Assembly (NCBI RefSeq): GCF_000143415.4
Contig: NW_003314328.1
Span: forward strand, 124,001-188,000
Direction of reading: 5' to 3'
DNA length: 64,000 bases
DNA from: Selaginella moellendorffii
Lineage: Eukaryota; Plantae; Lycopodiophyta
Positions 61,700-64,000 of the stretch are shown piece by piece; positions within the stretch are counted from its first letter, which is position 1, and each line of letters opens with the position of its first letter. Under the pieces are notes generated by a model that made no database searches, was not told where the DNA came from, and saw only the letters and a program-made list of their open reading frames with translations. A program made the position numbers and the translations under genes.

Positions 61700-63400
61700 T
61701 AAGTTTTAATACTCAAGATTTATGCCTAACTCGAATAAGCAAACTATCTCTACGTTTAGGAAGAATCTTGGTACTATTTTCTTTTTATATAGGTAACTCC
61801 ATAAGATATAAGTTTCACTTATACTATGTACTTATAAAGTAATCTAGGTGTAGTATCACACCTTCTTTGACAATAGTAAAAGTATCAAGAATCAAACTTC
61901 TATATACCTTGAGTAAAATATTATCAAGTATTTCACTCAGTAATTCATCGTGCTATTTAAGCAATTTCATTAAATCTATCATTTTCTAGTCTAGTTAGGC
62001 ATATAAGATAGTTTAGTTTTTGCTTTCTTATACTTTTGTTTAGTCATATAGAGTGGGGATCAACCAAATTTTGTCTGGGTCTATAAACAAAATATATTTT
62101 CTGATAGGTGTGGTGGGTTGTTAAATATTTTTATTTTTTCTACCCCAATTCCCCCCTTTAACTTTTATTAGGATAGTGGAAAGTCTTCAATCTTATGTGC
62201 ATAAGAGGTCTTTCCCTTTTTGCCCATGTTTAGTGTGGTTAAAATTAATTCAGTGTATGATTTTTGACATGTGATAGCTAATTCCAAAGTAGCTTGCCTG
62301 CTTCACAGTAGGTCTTACCCTCTGGCTTATATCCAACTTTGCTTTTACAACTGTGGAATTAGAAAAAGTGGTCTATTGCTCTTGGCAAATTTTAAGTAAA
62401 CTAGATCAACACTAGGGACTAATTTAAATGGGGTGTGGAGACTATTCCATGAAATTGCCCTATAAAATTAATATAAGAGTCAAATTGTCTAGCGCATAAT
62501 AGCCTATTCTAGATCAATTTGCTTGTAAAATGACATTAAGTAACTTTTCAAACATGTAATACCTAATTCATGAAAGACTTTGCTTCAGATCTAAACAAAA
62601 ATTTCTTTTCAGGCAAATTTCTCTCTAGCCTCTTTGCCAACAAGCAATAATGGTCAATATAAGTCTTTGCTCAAGCTTGTATAATAGATTTTTGAGCTTT
62701 GCAATGTATTTCAGAATTTTTAGGAGTGTCTGAAGCTATTTCACCTTTTTAGACAAAACCCTTTTTTAATATCTCTAAACTTTTTCTAATTCTTTAAAGG
62801 TCAAAATGATGGTAGTAATGTCTCCAAAACTAATGCTCACACCTAGCAATAAGCTCTATAACTCTCTGTTCTGTGTTTATAGCATGAAGCCTCTTAACTG
62901 CTTCGTCTGGCAAAAGCTCGATTAGCACATGAGGTGATCTATGTATTCCAAATGTAGGCAGAAATTGAGCTATAACTCTTACTAGAGTAGTTGTATAATT
63001 TTGCGTATATGAAAAATTTTCACTATGTGATAATTCTCTCATGTAAGGAGGTATGTACACCTATTGATCACATCTCACAAAGGGTGGTTCACGCCTTGCA
63101 AAGGGTGTTTCACGTCTAAAGTGGTGAGTATTTCTCCTAGCAATTAAGCATCACTCAACTGATCTAAAAGGTGGATTTTTAAGCTTATTCACTTGTATAT
63201 TTGCTCTTTGTCTATACTTCACTTTAGGGGATATGAGATATATTTCACGTGATTGCCCTTGATTCCTTCCTATGGGCCTAGATGTGATATGAGTGCTCTC
63301 AAAACCTATAGGAGAGTAACACTTTTCACATCGAGTAGTATTTGTAAACTCTCTATGTATAAGAGATGAGCTTTGATTAATTCGCCTAAGTGTATTAGGC
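61700..63400 (-). pseudogene. Possible very old AT-rich LINE remnant
   Basis: Only weak motifs (VYIPP, FGD) among many stop codons. Confidence 0.25.
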
Positions 63401-64000
63401 ATAGAGCAATTTAAATGGTTAGAGCAATTTGTGATAACAGTTTCTGAATTTTCAACTTGTGAGTCTTATTCAAGTCTTATAGGCTCTTGCAATATGCATA
63501 AGATACTTAAACTTGCAACAAGTCTACTTTCAAACCGTGTCTAAATAATAGTCCAAGCTAAAAGATCTTGGATCAAAGGCTTGAGATAGCACAATGTTCT
63601 AATTATGATCTTAGATTTATTAAAGCCTCATAAAATTTAGGTGAATAATTCCCCAATTTGTTCTTCACTAAGGCTAGCTTTAGCTCTCCTTAAGCTAGAG
63701 TTGAAGACAAGAGTTATAAGTGCTCAATTTTTCTGCTTGTATATGCCTAGAAAAATTATGACACACTATTGAAAAATATGTCTAAAAACCCAAGTAAGAA
63801 CTTGCTCAAAAGGAAAGAATTCTAAAATAGTTGATTATGTTTTCTATATCAAACAAACTCCATTCTTTTTTCTTTTGGATTTTTCTCAAGAAATTGCTAG
63901 CAAAACAATTTAAACTTGAGTTTCTTGGCAATGTATACTATACTTCAATTTCAAACTCGTCCTGTGCTCTATAGCTTTAGTGATGGTTGAGAAACTATCT

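Overview
Plant nuclear DNA, probably from a lycophyte such as Selaginella. This is inferred from the ~50-60 bp introns, a PLS-class PPR gene and a Tat retrotransposon with RNase H before RT. The first 6.5 kb hold three host genes: the 3' end of a PLS-E PPR gene, a 74-aa secreted peptide precursor and a multi-exon taxilin gene. The rest is a nest of transposons: degenerate Ty3/gypsy elements (chromovirus-type and Tat-type), an L1-like LINE, and two near-identical ~13-kb DNA transposons in inverted orientation (17343-30339 and 44781-57799). These two elements have 24-bp TIRs, 4-bp TSDs and a Sola1-like DDD transposase with a BAH-like C-terminus. Transcribed divergently, each also carries one 11-exon gene for a ~1,630-aa protein that the ORF track splits into pieces. 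Its domain order reads ParB-like/HTH, degenerate amino-methyltransferase-like, acidic linker, FCP1/NIF-like HAD domain. About 25 copies of a 22-bp palindrome (ATGGCRTG-N6-CAYGCCAT) are scattered through each element, many inside introns, suggesting a parS-like or VANC-like self-recognition system. The TSDs of the two copies are exchanged (AGGA and CTAA), so the 14.4 kb between them is inverted. Reversing it rejoins a split LTR and puts the two halves of a Tat retrotransposon back in order. Domain calls are by eye and need HMM or structure confirmation.
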